Assembly: GCA_965211635.1 (NCBI GenBank) | Contig: OZ242948.1 | Span: forward strand, 1,460,653-1,524,652 | DNA length: 64,000 nucleotides | From: Dehalococcoidia bacterium | GTDB taxonomy: Bacteria; Chloroflexota; Dehalococcoidia; Bin125 | Direction: 5' to 3' | Shown: positions 56,015-64,000 of the stretch, one piece after another | Position numbering within the stretch: the first letter of the stretch is position 1 | Layout: the number at the start of each line of letters is the position of its first letter | The notes under the pieces: generated by a model | What the model was told of the DNA's origin: nothing | The model's input: only the letters and a program-made list of their open reading frames with translations | Database searches by the model: none | Translations under genes and position numbers: made by a program

Positions 56015-56782
56015 ATGTCCGACGGCTACACCGAGTCCACCATCGAGGTCGCCGGCCTCCCCATCCAGGTCCTCCGCGGCGGCGATGGACCCAACGTTCT
56101 CGTCATCCACCACGAGACCGGCAATCCCGGTTGGCTCGAGTTCCACGACGCCCTCTCCGCCCAACGTGACGTCATCCTCCCCACCCTGCCGGGCTGGGAC
56201 GGCACCGAGCGTGGCGACTGGATGCGCAGCGTCCGCGACATCGCCGCCGTCTGCTCCCTGCTGCTGGACGAGCTCGGCGTTGGCGATGTCACTCTGGTTG
56301 GCCTCGGTTTCGGCGGCTACATCGCCGCCGAGATGGCCACCGCCAATCAGTCCCGCCTCAGCGAGCTTGTCCTCGTCAACGCCGTCGGCCTCCAGCCCGA
56401 GGACGGCGAAATCCGCGACCAGTTCCTCGAGGCCCACGCCGACTACGTCAAGTCCTGCTTCGCCGACCCCGCCAACTTCACCGCCCTCTACGGAGAGGAA
56501 GTCTCAACCGACCAACTCGTCGCCTGGGACGCCAACAGAGAAATGACCGCCCGCACCGCCTGGAAACCCTTCCTCTACAGCCAGACCCTCCCCCACCTCC
56601 TGCCCAACGTGAAGACCCCAACCAAGGTCATTCGAGGGACCGACGACACCGTCGTCCCAGCGTCGGTCGCGAGCCAGTACATCGAACTTCTGGGAGACGC
56701 CCAGCTCATCGAGATCCCAGGAGGCCACAACCTCGAATCCGACGCCCCCGAACCCCTCGCCGAGGCGATCGTAAGCGACTAG
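56015..56782 (+). CDS. Alpha/beta hydrolase
   Basis: VLVIHHETGNPGW ... GLGFGGYIA nucleophile elbow. Confidence 0.7.
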   Translation: MSDGYTESTIEVAGLPIQVLRGGDGPNVLVIHHETGNPGWLEFHDALSAQRDVILPTLPGWDGTERGDWMRSVRDIAAVCSLLLDELGVGDVTLVGLGFGGYIAAEMATANQSRLSELVLVNAVGLQPEDGEIRDQFLEAHADYVKSCFADPANFTALYGEEVSTDQLVAWDANREMTARTAWKPFLYSQTLPHLLPNVKTPTKVIRGTDDTVVPASVASQYIELLGDAQLIEIPGGHNLESDAPEPLAEAIVSD

Positions 56783-56836
56783 CTCGCCGTCTCAGAACGT
56801 TAGACTGCCCACCGACAACGCCGGAAAGGCCCTCCC

Positions 56837-58087
56837 ATGCACCTGATGTACTTCACCGAACAGCCGATGTCGGCCTATGACGAGCACGCCGCCGAGGAGG
56901 GCGTCACCGCGCTGCTCTTCTCCAACTCCAACTTCGACCCCATCGCCGGCTCGGAGCTCTACAACCATCGGTTGACTGAGTACAAACTGGCCGAGGAGGT
57001 CGGCGTCGACGGGATCATGCTCAACGAGCACCACAACGCGCCCTTCTGCATGCAGGCCAAGTGCAACATCTGGGCCTCGGTCCTGGCCGGCGCGACCGAG
57101 CGCGTCAAGATCGTCCTGCTCGGCAACCCGCTGCCGCTGGCCGATAACCCGATCCGCCTGGCCGAAGAGCTGGCCATGATCGACATGATCTCGGGCGGCC
57201 GCCTCGTTTCCGGCTTCGTCCGCGGGGGCGGCACCGAGCAGCTTGCGACGGGCGTCAACCCGGCCTACAACCGCGAGCGCTTCGAGGAAGCCCACGACCT
57301 GATCGTCGAGGCCTGGACCCGTCCGGGACCGTTCCGCTGGGAAGGCCGCCACTACCAGCACCGCGTCGTCAATCCCTGGGCGCTGCCGATGCAGCAGCCT
57401 CACCCGCGCATCTGGATCCCCGGCGTGCTCTCGCGCGAGACCGTGATCTGGGCGGCCAAGCACCGCTACCCCTACATCGCGCTGAACACCACAATCGAGG
57501 CGACCAAGCGCATCTGGCAGACCTACGACGACGCGGCCCACGAGGTTGGCTACGACCCGGGCCCGGAAAACCGCGGCTACCTGCTCCGCGTCCACGTCGC
57601 CGACACGACCGAGAAAGCGATGCAGAACGCGTCGCAGTTCATGTGGATGCAGGGCGAGTTCACCGGACTCGCGCACCCTGTCTGGTCGAACCCGGCCGGC
57701 TACGCCTCGCCGCGTAACCGCGAGGCGCTGGTCGAGGTCATGAACGGCCGCCGACCGCCGCCGCGCGCGCAGTCGTTCGACAACCAGATCGAGAACATGC
57801 AGATCATCGCCGGCACCCCGGACGAGTGCATCCGCAAACTGCGCACCATCCTTGAGGAAACCCGCCCCGGCATCCTCGCCCTGTGGGGCAACGATGGCCG
57901 CGTCACCCACGAGGACTCGATGCGCTGCATAGAACTGCTCGGCACCGAGGTCATGCCCGCCCTCCGAGACATGGGAGCCGAGCTCGACCTCGACGGCCCC
58001 TTCGACTCCAACCCGCCGGTCAGCATCAGCTACGACGAAGCCGCCAAAGCCCGCGCCGCATCCGCCGCCGCGGCCTCCGGCGACTAG
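56837..58087 (+). CDS. LLM-class flavin-dependent oxidoreductase
   Basis: MHLMYFTEQPM...NEHH; same family as 18032 and 19399. Confidence 0.85.
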   Translation: MHLMYFTEQPMSAYDEHAAEEGVTALLFSNSNFDPIAGSELYNHRLTEYKLAEEVGVDGIMLNEHHNAPFCMQAKCNIWASVLAGATERVKIVLLGNPLPLADNPIRLAEELAMIDMISGGRLVSGFVRGGGTEQLATGVNPAYNRERFEEAHDLIVEAWTRPGPFRWEGRHYQHRVVNPWALPMQQPHPRIWIPGVLSRETVIWAAKHRYPYIALNTTIEATKRIWQTYDDAAHEVGYDPGPENRGYLLRVHVADTTEKAMQNASQFMWMQGEFTGLAHPVWSNPAGYASPRNREALVEVMNGRRPPPRAQSFDNQIENMQIIAGTPDECIRKLRTILEETRPGILALWGNDGRVTHEDSMRCIELLGTEVMPALRDMGAELDLDGPFDSNPPVSISYDEAAKARAASAAAASGD

Positions 58088-58200
58088 CAGAACCCCCTCT
58101 CCCCCCGCGAAGCGAGAGGAGAGGGCCGATTCTCTTCCCTTCTCCCCCCGCGAAGCGGGGGGAGATGCCGAAGGCAGAGGGGGGCTCCCCTCACTCGAGA
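58088..58200. repeat. Family B hairpin repeats (two units)
   Basis: CCCCTCTCCCCCCGCGAAGCGAGAGGAGAGGG ... TCTCCCCCCGCGAAGCGGGGGGAGATGCCGAAGGCAGAGGGGGGCTCCCC. Confidence 0.7.
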
Positions 58201-58216
58201 CGAAAGACTCCTAGAA

Positions 58217-58990
58217 ATGGCAACCCTCGACATCCTCCTCCCGGGCTACTCGTTTGGTACCGACTCCGGCACGCCCGCCTTCTGCGCCGTAATCCTGGTC
58301 GAATCGGACGGACGCCGCATCCTCGTCGACACCGCCCACGTCGGCCGGCGCGTGCAACTGCAGGAACAGCTCGCCGCCCGCGGACTCGGCGTCTCCGACA
58401 TTGACCTCGTCTTCATGACTCACGCGCACTGGGATCACGTGCAGAACTTCGATGCCTTCCCCGACGTGCCCATGGCGATCCACCCGCACGAGCGCAAGTA
58501 CGCCTCCGAGCCGCACGTCAACGACTGGGCCACGCCGCAGTGGACCGGCGCCGCCATCGAGACGCATCCCATGACCGAGGTCGACGAGGGCGACGAACTT
58601 GCCAAAGGCGTGCGCGTCATCCACTTGCCCGGACACTCGCCCGGCAGCATCGGACTGCTGGTCGAGACCGAGGCCGGTCTCTGCGGGATCACCGGCGACG
58701 CCATGCACACCGCCGCCGTGGGCAAGGCCGGACGCAGCCCGCTCGTCTTCTACAGCGAGTCCCAGGCGAACGAGTCCATCGCCCGCGTGATGAGCATGTC
58801 CGACATCCTCTACCCCGGACACGACCGGCCGTTCCGCATGGTTGACGGCGATCCTGAGTACGTCGAGGAGTACAAGCTCACGCTCAGCGGTGTGCAGCCC
58901 AACATGGAGGGTCTGACATTCGCCGACCCGCCAACCGAGCTCGTCACCTGGGTCATGCCCGGCATCGAGGATCAGCCCAAGTACGACTGA
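58217..58990 (+). CDS. MBL-fold metallo-hydrolase
   Basis: THAHWDHV (HxHxDH); LPGHSPGS; 257 aa. Confidence 0.8.
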   Translation: MATLDILLPGYSFGTDSGTPAFCAVILVESDGRRILVDTAHVGRRVQLQEQLAARGLGVSDIDLVFMTHAHWDHVQNFDAFPDVPMAIHPHERKYASEPHVNDWATPQWTGAAIETHPMTEVDEGDELAKGVRVIHLPGHSPGSIGLLVETEAGLCGITGDAMHTAAVGKAGRSPLVFYSESQANESIARVMSMSDILYPGHDRPFRMVDGDPEYVEEYKLTLSGVQPNMEGLTFADPPTELVTWVMPGIEDQPKYD

Positions 58991-58991
58991 G

Positions 58992-59879
58992 GTGCAACTA
59001 GCACTCATCAATGGTCGACGGGTCGCCTACGAGATCTCGGGCGATCCGATCGGCCGCCCGGTCCTGGTCATCCACGGCGCCTGGGGCGGCCCATCCTCAA
59101 CGCTCTGGAACGGGCCGCGTGTCCGATGGTCGGCGCCAACCGACGGCCTCCAGCTCATCTGGTACGACCGCCGCTGCGCCGGCCTCTCCCAGTACGACAC
59201 GGAGCCGTTCACGCTTGAGGGCCTGGCCAACGACGCCGTCGATGTGTTGGACTATCTCGGCATCGAACAGGCGGCAGTGATCGCCACGTCGGCGGGTGGC
59301 CCAATCGGCCTCCGGCTCGCCCTCGATCACCCCGAGCGAGTCGAGTCGCTCGTCCTGCTCAATACGGGCGCATCGCTGATGTCGCTGAGTCCCGACGGCG
59401 TTGACTCCAGTGATCCGTTCGTGGCCGACCGCCTGTCCACCGTCGCCAAACGCCTCGCGCTTCTCGACCTGTTGGACTCGGAAGGAATACAAGCCGTGAT
59501 CGCCGAGTCGGAAGAGGAATGGCGCTCGCCGCCGCAATCGCCCGAGCCAGATTCGGTGCTGGAGACGCATAGGAACAACCGCCAGCGAGCGCTGACGAAG
59601 ATGTCTCGCACCGAACTCGAACGGCTCGCCCACGGAGCGCTGCTCAACATGCAGGCCCAGCGTGGCATCGATCTGAGCGCCGACATCAGCCGGATCAAGT
59701 GTCCCGTGCTCATCGTCCACGGCGACGCGGACACGACGGTGCCGGTGGCGTTCGGTCGAGCGCTGGCTATTGCGATGCCGAATGCTGAACTCGCGACGCT
59801 CGTGGGAACTGGCCACGGGCTCATCGTCATTCCCGTGGCTCAGCAGATCGCCACGAGCTGGCTTCGGCAGTTCGCCTAA
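58992..59879 (+). CDS. Alpha/beta hydrolase (GTG start)
   Basis: VLVIHGAWGG ... ATSAGG nucleophile; HGDAD...GHG. Confidence 0.7.
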   Translation: MQLALINGRRVAYEISGDPIGRPVLVIHGAWGGPSSTLWNGPRVRWSAPTDGLQLIWYDRRCAGLSQYDTEPFTLEGLANDAVDVLDYLGIEQAAVIATSAGGPIGLRLALDHPERVESLVLLNTGASLMSLSPDGVDSSDPFVADRLSTVAKRLALLDLLDSEGIQAVIAESEEEWRSPPQSPEPDSVLETHRNNRQRALTKMSRTELERLAHGALLNMQAQRGIDLSADISRIKCPVLIVHGDADTTVPVAFGRALAIAMPNAELATLVGTGHGLIVIPVAQQIATSWLRQFA

Positions 59880-61129
59880 GCCAACTCCGACAGCACCTCG
59901 TCGGTGTGCTCGCCGAGCAGTGGCGGACGACGCGTGATCCCCCAACTGCCCTTCGTCAACTGATACGGCGCGCCCGGATAGATCACTTCGCGGCCCAGTT
60001 CGGGATGCTCCACCTTGACCTGCATCCCCCGATCGACGAAGTGCGGGTCCTCCAGCGCCTCTTCGGGACTGTGGATCACGCCGACCTGGAAGCCGAAGTT
60101 CTGCGCCTTGGTGAAGAACTCGTAGGCGGTCAGCTTCGACGCGAGCAGGTCGAACGCCTCCCGGCCCGCGCCGAAGACGGCCAACAACTCCTCGTTGTCG
60201 CCTCGGAACACGTCGGCCAAGGAGAAACTCTCCAACTCCGCGCCAACCAGGAGCAGCGCCGCCTCGGGCAACTCGTCGAGTAGTCCCTCGGCCTCCAGCC
60301 AGTCGTAGCACAGGCCGAACTCGGCCGGACGACGCGGCGGGATGCCGGTGTTCACGTAGCGGCCGTCGGCGCATCTGATCTGTGACGGCATCGACGGCGC
60401 GACGCCGGCATGGCGACCGGTCTGGCGCTGCACGGTCGAGTGCGAGACAAGCCATGAGTACGAGCCCGCCTCGGTGGTCACGTTGACGGACCCGTTGATG
60501 TTGACGTTGATGTGCTGCCCAACGCCCGTCGCGTCGCGATGCAGCAGCGCGGTCAAGATTGACATGAATGCGTAGTTCGAACCCGTGTGGTACGCCTGTT
60601 GGCCGCCCCCGCGCACCGGCGGCAGCGAGTGGTCGTCGTAGCCATTCATCCAGGCGAAGCCGCCGTTGGCCGCCAACGTCAGATCGGTCTGCGGTTCATC
60701 GTCGCGCGACGAACCGAAGCCGAAGTTGGTGATCGTGCACCAGATCAACCCGGGATTGTCCGTCATGATCTGGTGGTAGTCGAGGCCCAGGCGACCGATT
60801 GGATCGTACGTGTTGGTGTCCAGAATCACGTCAGCGGACTCGACAAGCTTGAGGAACGTGTCGGCGTTGGAGCGGTCGTCGAAGTCCATCACCACGCTGC
60901 GTTTTGACGTGTTGTAGTACCAGAAGAACAGTGATCGTTCGTGGTGCGGTTCGTCGTCGACAAACGGTTCGTACTGTCTCGACGGGTCACCCTCGGGCGG
61001 CTCGATTTTGATCACATCGGCGCCCATGTCGGCCATCAGCTTCATGCACCAAGCGCCGCGCTCGTCGCCGATCTCCAGCACGCGGAGATCGTCGAGCGCC
61101 ATCATTCCGGAATTCGGATTGGTCGTCAT
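59876..61129 (-). CDS. CoA transferase family III (CaiB/BaiF)
   Basis: GADVIKIEPPEGDP...R motif and family core; ATGA overlap with the upstream paralog. Confidence 0.85.
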   Translation of the reverse strand: MTTNPNSGMMALDDLRVLEIGDERGAWCMKLMADMGADVIKIEPPEGDPSRQYEPFVDDEPHHERSLFFWYYNTSKRSVVMDFDDRSNADTFLKLVESADVILDTNTYDPIGRLGLDYHQIMTDNPGLIWCTITNFGFGSSRDDEPQTDLTLAANGGFAWMNGYDDHSLPPVRGGGQQAYHTGSNYAFMSILTALLHRDATGVGQHINVNINGSVNVTTEAGSYSWLVSHSTVQRQTGRHAGVAPSMPSQIRCADGRYVNTGIPPRRPAEFGLCYDWLEAEGLLDELPEAALLLVGAELESFSLADVFRGDNEELLAVFGAGREAFDLLASKLTAYEFFTKAQNFGFQVGVIHSPEEALEDPHFVDRGMQVKVEHPELGREVIYPGAPYQLTKGSWGITRRPPLLGEHTDEVLSELA

Positions 61130-62403
61130 CAGAGCACGCCCTCTTCGTACAAACCCGCGATCTCGGATTCACTTAATCCCAGCAGTTCGCCGTAGACGTA
61201 GTCGTTGTCCTCGCCCAGCACCGGCGCGCCACGAGTCATTGACCAGTTGGTTTTGGTGAACTTGGCGGGGATCCCGTCCACTCGGACGCGTCCCATCTCG
61301 GTCTGGCGGATCGTCGGCCAGAGCTGCGACTCGGCCGAGTTCACGTCCTGGTCGATCCGCTGTTCGGGCGTCTGCACCGCGTTGGCGGGCACGCCCGCCT
61401 TGCGCAGCAACTCGGCCGACTGGAACGGATCGCGGCGCATGCACCACTCGCCGATCCGCGCGTCCAACTCGTCCTGGGCCGCCATTCGGCCGGCGAGCTG
61501 CCCGTAGTCGTCGTTCGCGGCCCAATCGCAGCCGTCGGCGACGAGCACATCGCGCATGGCGTGCCAGTCTTCGTCGTTGCGGCAGGCGATCGCGATCCAG
61601 GCCTCGTCGAACGAGCCGGGGATTGGCTTGGCCGCGAAGATGTTGTGCGGCGCCATCGCGGGATGCAGCGAGTGGTTGGCGTCGGGATAGCCCTCGCGCC
61701 GCAGCGGTCGGCCGTTAACCGTGTAGTCCAACAGCACCGGACCGTTCAGCGTCAGCGCCGCCTCGGTCGCCGCGACGTCGACGTACTGACCCTCGCCGGT
61801 GCGGTTGCGGTGATGGATCGCCAGCATGATCGCCATCGCCATGAAGTACGCGCCGGTGTGGTCCATGTAGGAGTAGCCCCAGCCAGCCGGCGGCTGGTCG
61901 GGAATCGCCGATGACATCGTCAGACCGCTGGTCGCCTGCACGATCGGACCCCAGGTCTTGAACTTCTCGTAAGGACCCGAGTGCCCGAACCCGCAGTTGG
62001 AGATGTAGATGATGTCTTCCTTGAGTTCCTTGAGCTTGTCGTAGTCGTAGCCCCAGGAGCGCAGCACGCCGGAGGAGAAGTTCTCGGTCACGCAGTCCGA
62101 GATGCCGACCAGCCGCTCGAACAGCTCGCGGCCCTTCTCCGTCTTGATGTTCAGCGTGATCCCCAGCTTGCCCACGTTGTGATTGTTGAACGGACCGCCT
62201 AGCTCCGGACCGCGCCGATCGTCGACGTAAGGCGGCATCCCGCGCAAGATGTCCCAGCGGCCGTGATTGGTCGGGTCCTCGATCCGGATCACCTCCGCGC
62301 CGAAGGCGGCCATGAACTTGGTCGCGCCCGCGCCGGCCAACTGGCCGGTGAAATCGCAGATACGCAGATGTGAGAGCGCCTGGCTCTTGACGTGATGGGG
62401 CAT
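61129..62403 (-). CDS. CoA transferase family III (CaiB/BaiF)
   Basis: GAEVIRIEDP...; family core. Confidence 0.85.
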   Translation of the reverse strand: MPHHVKSQALSHLRICDFTGQLAGAGATKFMAAFGAEVIRIEDPTNHGRWDILRGMPPYVDDRRGPELGGPFNNHNVGKLGITLNIKTEKGRELFERLVGISDCVTENFSSGVLRSWGYDYDKLKELKEDIIYISNCGFGHSGPYEKFKTWGPIVQATSGLTMSSAIPDQPPAGWGYSYMDHTGAYFMAMAIMLAIHHRNRTGEGQYVDVAATEAALTLNGPVLLDYTVNGRPLRREGYPDANHSLHPAMAPHNIFAAKPIPGSFDEAWIAIACRNDEDWHAMRDVLVADGCDWAANDDYGQLAGRMAAQDELDARIGEWCMRRDPFQSAELLRKAGVPANAVQTPEQRIDQDVNSAESQLWPTIRQTEMGRVRVDGIPAKFTKTNWSMTRGAPVLGEDNDYVYGELLGLSESEIAGLYEEGVL

Positions 62404-62449
62404 CGTCCTACTCCTCCTGCGGAAGTCTAACTGGCAGGTATCCTGAGGC

Positions 62450-62660
62450 CCGCAATGCGGTGGCTCCTCTCGGGGAGTTGATTCGTGATCCCGCTTCCCC
62501 CTCGCAGGGGGAAGCTGTCCCGTAGGGACTGAAGGGGGTCCTGCTCAACATCGCCGAGGGAGCCCCCCTCTGCCTTCGGCATCTCCCCCCGCTTCGCGGG
62601 GGGAGAGGAAGAGTACAAGAAGTAGCAGCTCCGCCCGCCGAGCGGGGGGAGAGGAGAGTT
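62450..62660. repeat. Family B hairpin repeats (three or more units)
   Basis: CTTCCCCCTCGCAGGGGGAAGCTGTCCCGTAGGGACTGAAGGGGGTCC; GGGAGCCCCCCTCTGCCTTCGGCATCTCCCCCCGCTTCGCGGGGGGAGAGG. Confidence 0.7.
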
Positions 62661-62676
62661 GCAAGGAGACACCACC

Positions 62677-63450
62677 ATGGCCAAAGTCGCATTCATCACC
62701 GGCGCCAGCCGAGGGATTGGCAAACAGCTTGCGGCCGACTTTGCCCAGGCCGGGTACGACATCGCCGCTGTCGCCCGCTCGACCGCCGACACACCGACCA
62801 AGCTGCCTGGCACGGTCAACGAAACCGCTCAGCTTGTCGAGGAGGCGGGACAGCAGTGCCTGCCGATCGGGGCCAATCTGGCAAAGGTCGAAGACCTTGA
62901 CCGGGCCGTGGCGGAGACCTTCGACCGATTCGGCCGGATCGATGTGCTAATCAACAACGCAGCGATCGCACCGCCCGGTCTGGCGCTCGAGTCCGGACGC
63001 CAGCTCTGGGGACTCGCGGTCGAGATCAACGTCAACGCGCCCTTCTACCTGACCCACGCCGTCGCGCCCAAGATGGCCGAGAGCGACGGCGGCGCGATCA
63101 TCAACATCGGTTCCGGCGCCGCGGTTAGCCCCGACTTCGGCCGCGCCAGCTACACCACCACGAAGCGCGCCCTCGAAGCCATGTCCGAGTCGCTGGCCAG
63201 CGACCTCAAGGGCACCGGCGTCTCCGTCAACTGCCTGCGACTCGAACTCTCCGTCTGGAGCGAGGGCTACGCCTTCACCCTCGGCGAGCGGGCCAAGGAG
63301 ATGGACTTCGAGGATCCGATCATCATGTCCGACGCCTGCCTCTGGATCGTCGCCCAGGGCCCCGACTGGACCGGCCGCATCGTGACCATCGCCGACCTCC
63401 GCAAGTACGGCGCCGTCCGCCCCCGAACCCGCAAACAGTTCGACGACTAG
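62677..63450 (+). CDS. SDR-family oxidoreductase
   Basis: ITGASRGIGK; NNAA; AAGGAG ribosome-binding site 8 nt before the ATG at 62677. Confidence 0.8.
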   Translation: MAKVAFITGASRGIGKQLAADFAQAGYDIAAVARSTADTPTKLPGTVNETAQLVEEAGQQCLPIGANLAKVEDLDRAVAETFDRFGRIDVLINNAAIAPPGLALESGRQLWGLAVEINVNAPFYLTHAVAPKMAESDGGAIINIGSGAAVSPDFGRASYTTTKRALEAMSESLASDLKGTGVSVNCLRLELSVWSEGYAFTLGERAKEMDFEDPIIMSDACLWIVAQGPDWTGRIVTIADLRKYGAVRPRTRKQFDD

Positions 63451-63451
63451 C

Positions 63452-63590
63452 CAACTCCCCTCTCCCCCCGCGAAGGCGGGGGCAGAGAGGGGCTCCGCGC
63501 TCGCGGCGTCGGGCGTGCCCCCCTCTGTCACTACGTGACATCTCCCCCCGCTGGCGCGGGGGGAGAGATTAACTTCCCCTCTCCCACCGC
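63452..63590. repeat. Family B hairpin repeats
   Basis: CCCCTCTCCCCCCGCGAAGGCGGGGGCAGAGAGGGGCTCC...TCTCCCCCCGCTGGCGCGGGGGGAGAGA. Confidence 0.7.
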
Positions 63591-64000
63591 CTACATGCGA
63601 GCCTCGACGCCGTTGGCGCCACTCCCGATCGACGCCTGCGGCTTGGCCATGGTCTGCAGCCGGAACGCCAAACGCGCCTGTTCGCGTCCGTGCAGCAGAC
63701 GCCAGACCAGGGCCGAGATGCCCCCGGCGACCACCAGAATCACCAGGAGCAATCCGAACGAGGCCTGGAAGCCGACCGCGTCGGCGACCGCGCCTGCCTG
63801 CGGCACGACCAGCGCCACCACCAGCGCCGCCGAGAGCTGGAACATGGACAGTACCGTCGCCCGTTGGTCGGACGGTATCCGCCGGTTGATGTAGCCCGTC
63901 GCGATCGGCCGCGTGAGGCCGCGAATCACCGAGAGCAGCCCGATCGCCCCGACCACCCAGAGCGAGTCCCACAGCGTCGGCGCCAGCAGGACGATCGCGC
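63591..64000 (-). CDS. MFS transporter, C-terminal part (5' end beyond window)
   Basis: Frame stays open to the window edge; hydrophobic TM segments (VGAIGLLSVIRG..; LVVALVVPQAGAV..; LLLVILVVAGGISALVW). Confidence 0.55.
   Translation of the reverse strand, partial: AIVLLAPTLWDSLWVVGAIGLLSVIRGLTRPIATGYINRRIPSDQRATVLSMFQLSAALVVALVVPQAGAVADAVGFQASFGLLLVILVVAGGISALVWRLLHGREQARLAFRLQTMAKPQASIGSGANGVEARM

Overview
The window is a 64 kb, high-GC (about 65-68%) bacterial chromosomal segment that is dense with genes and dense with intergenic repeats. The source is probably a thermophilic Chloroflexota (Thermomicrobia-like) or actinobacterial genome, but that is a guess from gene content (many LLM/F420-type oxidoreductases, CaiB-family CoA transferases, SCO1664-family protein).

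Most of the window is ordinary metabolic content:
- five LLM flavin/F420 oxidoreductases, two of them as tandem pairs
- five CaiB/BaiF CoA transferases, one a tandem fusion
- korAB, pepN, panE, an agmatinase, an acyl-CoA dehydrogenase, a crotonase, M20, VOC, SDR, alpha/beta hydrolases and esterases

Two regions look accessory:
- 1300-8800: a family-6 UDG, a HigBA pair, a small GIY-YIG nuclease embedded in hairpin repeats, a 4.6-copy 122-bp tandem array, and a solo MmeI-family Type IIL R-M enzyme translationally coupled to an upstream pentapeptide-repeat protein (itself preceded by a small 2-TM protein and panE).
- 20700-28100: a small protein plus retropepsin-like (DTGA) protease pair, a long-antitoxin/RelE pair, a DUF2188 gene, a frameshifted small gene, a low-GC Type II R-M pair (PD-ExK REase and beta-class MTase), and a low-GC single-chain STAS-GHKL kinase-DUF4325 protein.

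At least four intergenic repeat families occur: (A) a dual-hairpin element of about 100-130 bp, (B) modular GC-rich hairpins that often abut start codons, (C) terminator-like hairpins with 17-mer and 21-mer tandems, (D) a long imperfect palindrome.

The candidate previously undescribed system is the PPR/MmeI-like coupling with its adjacent hairpin array and GIY-YIG gene, followed by the STAS-GHKL-DUF4325 gene. Both remain inference from sequence. No rRNA, tRNA or CRISPR was recognised.
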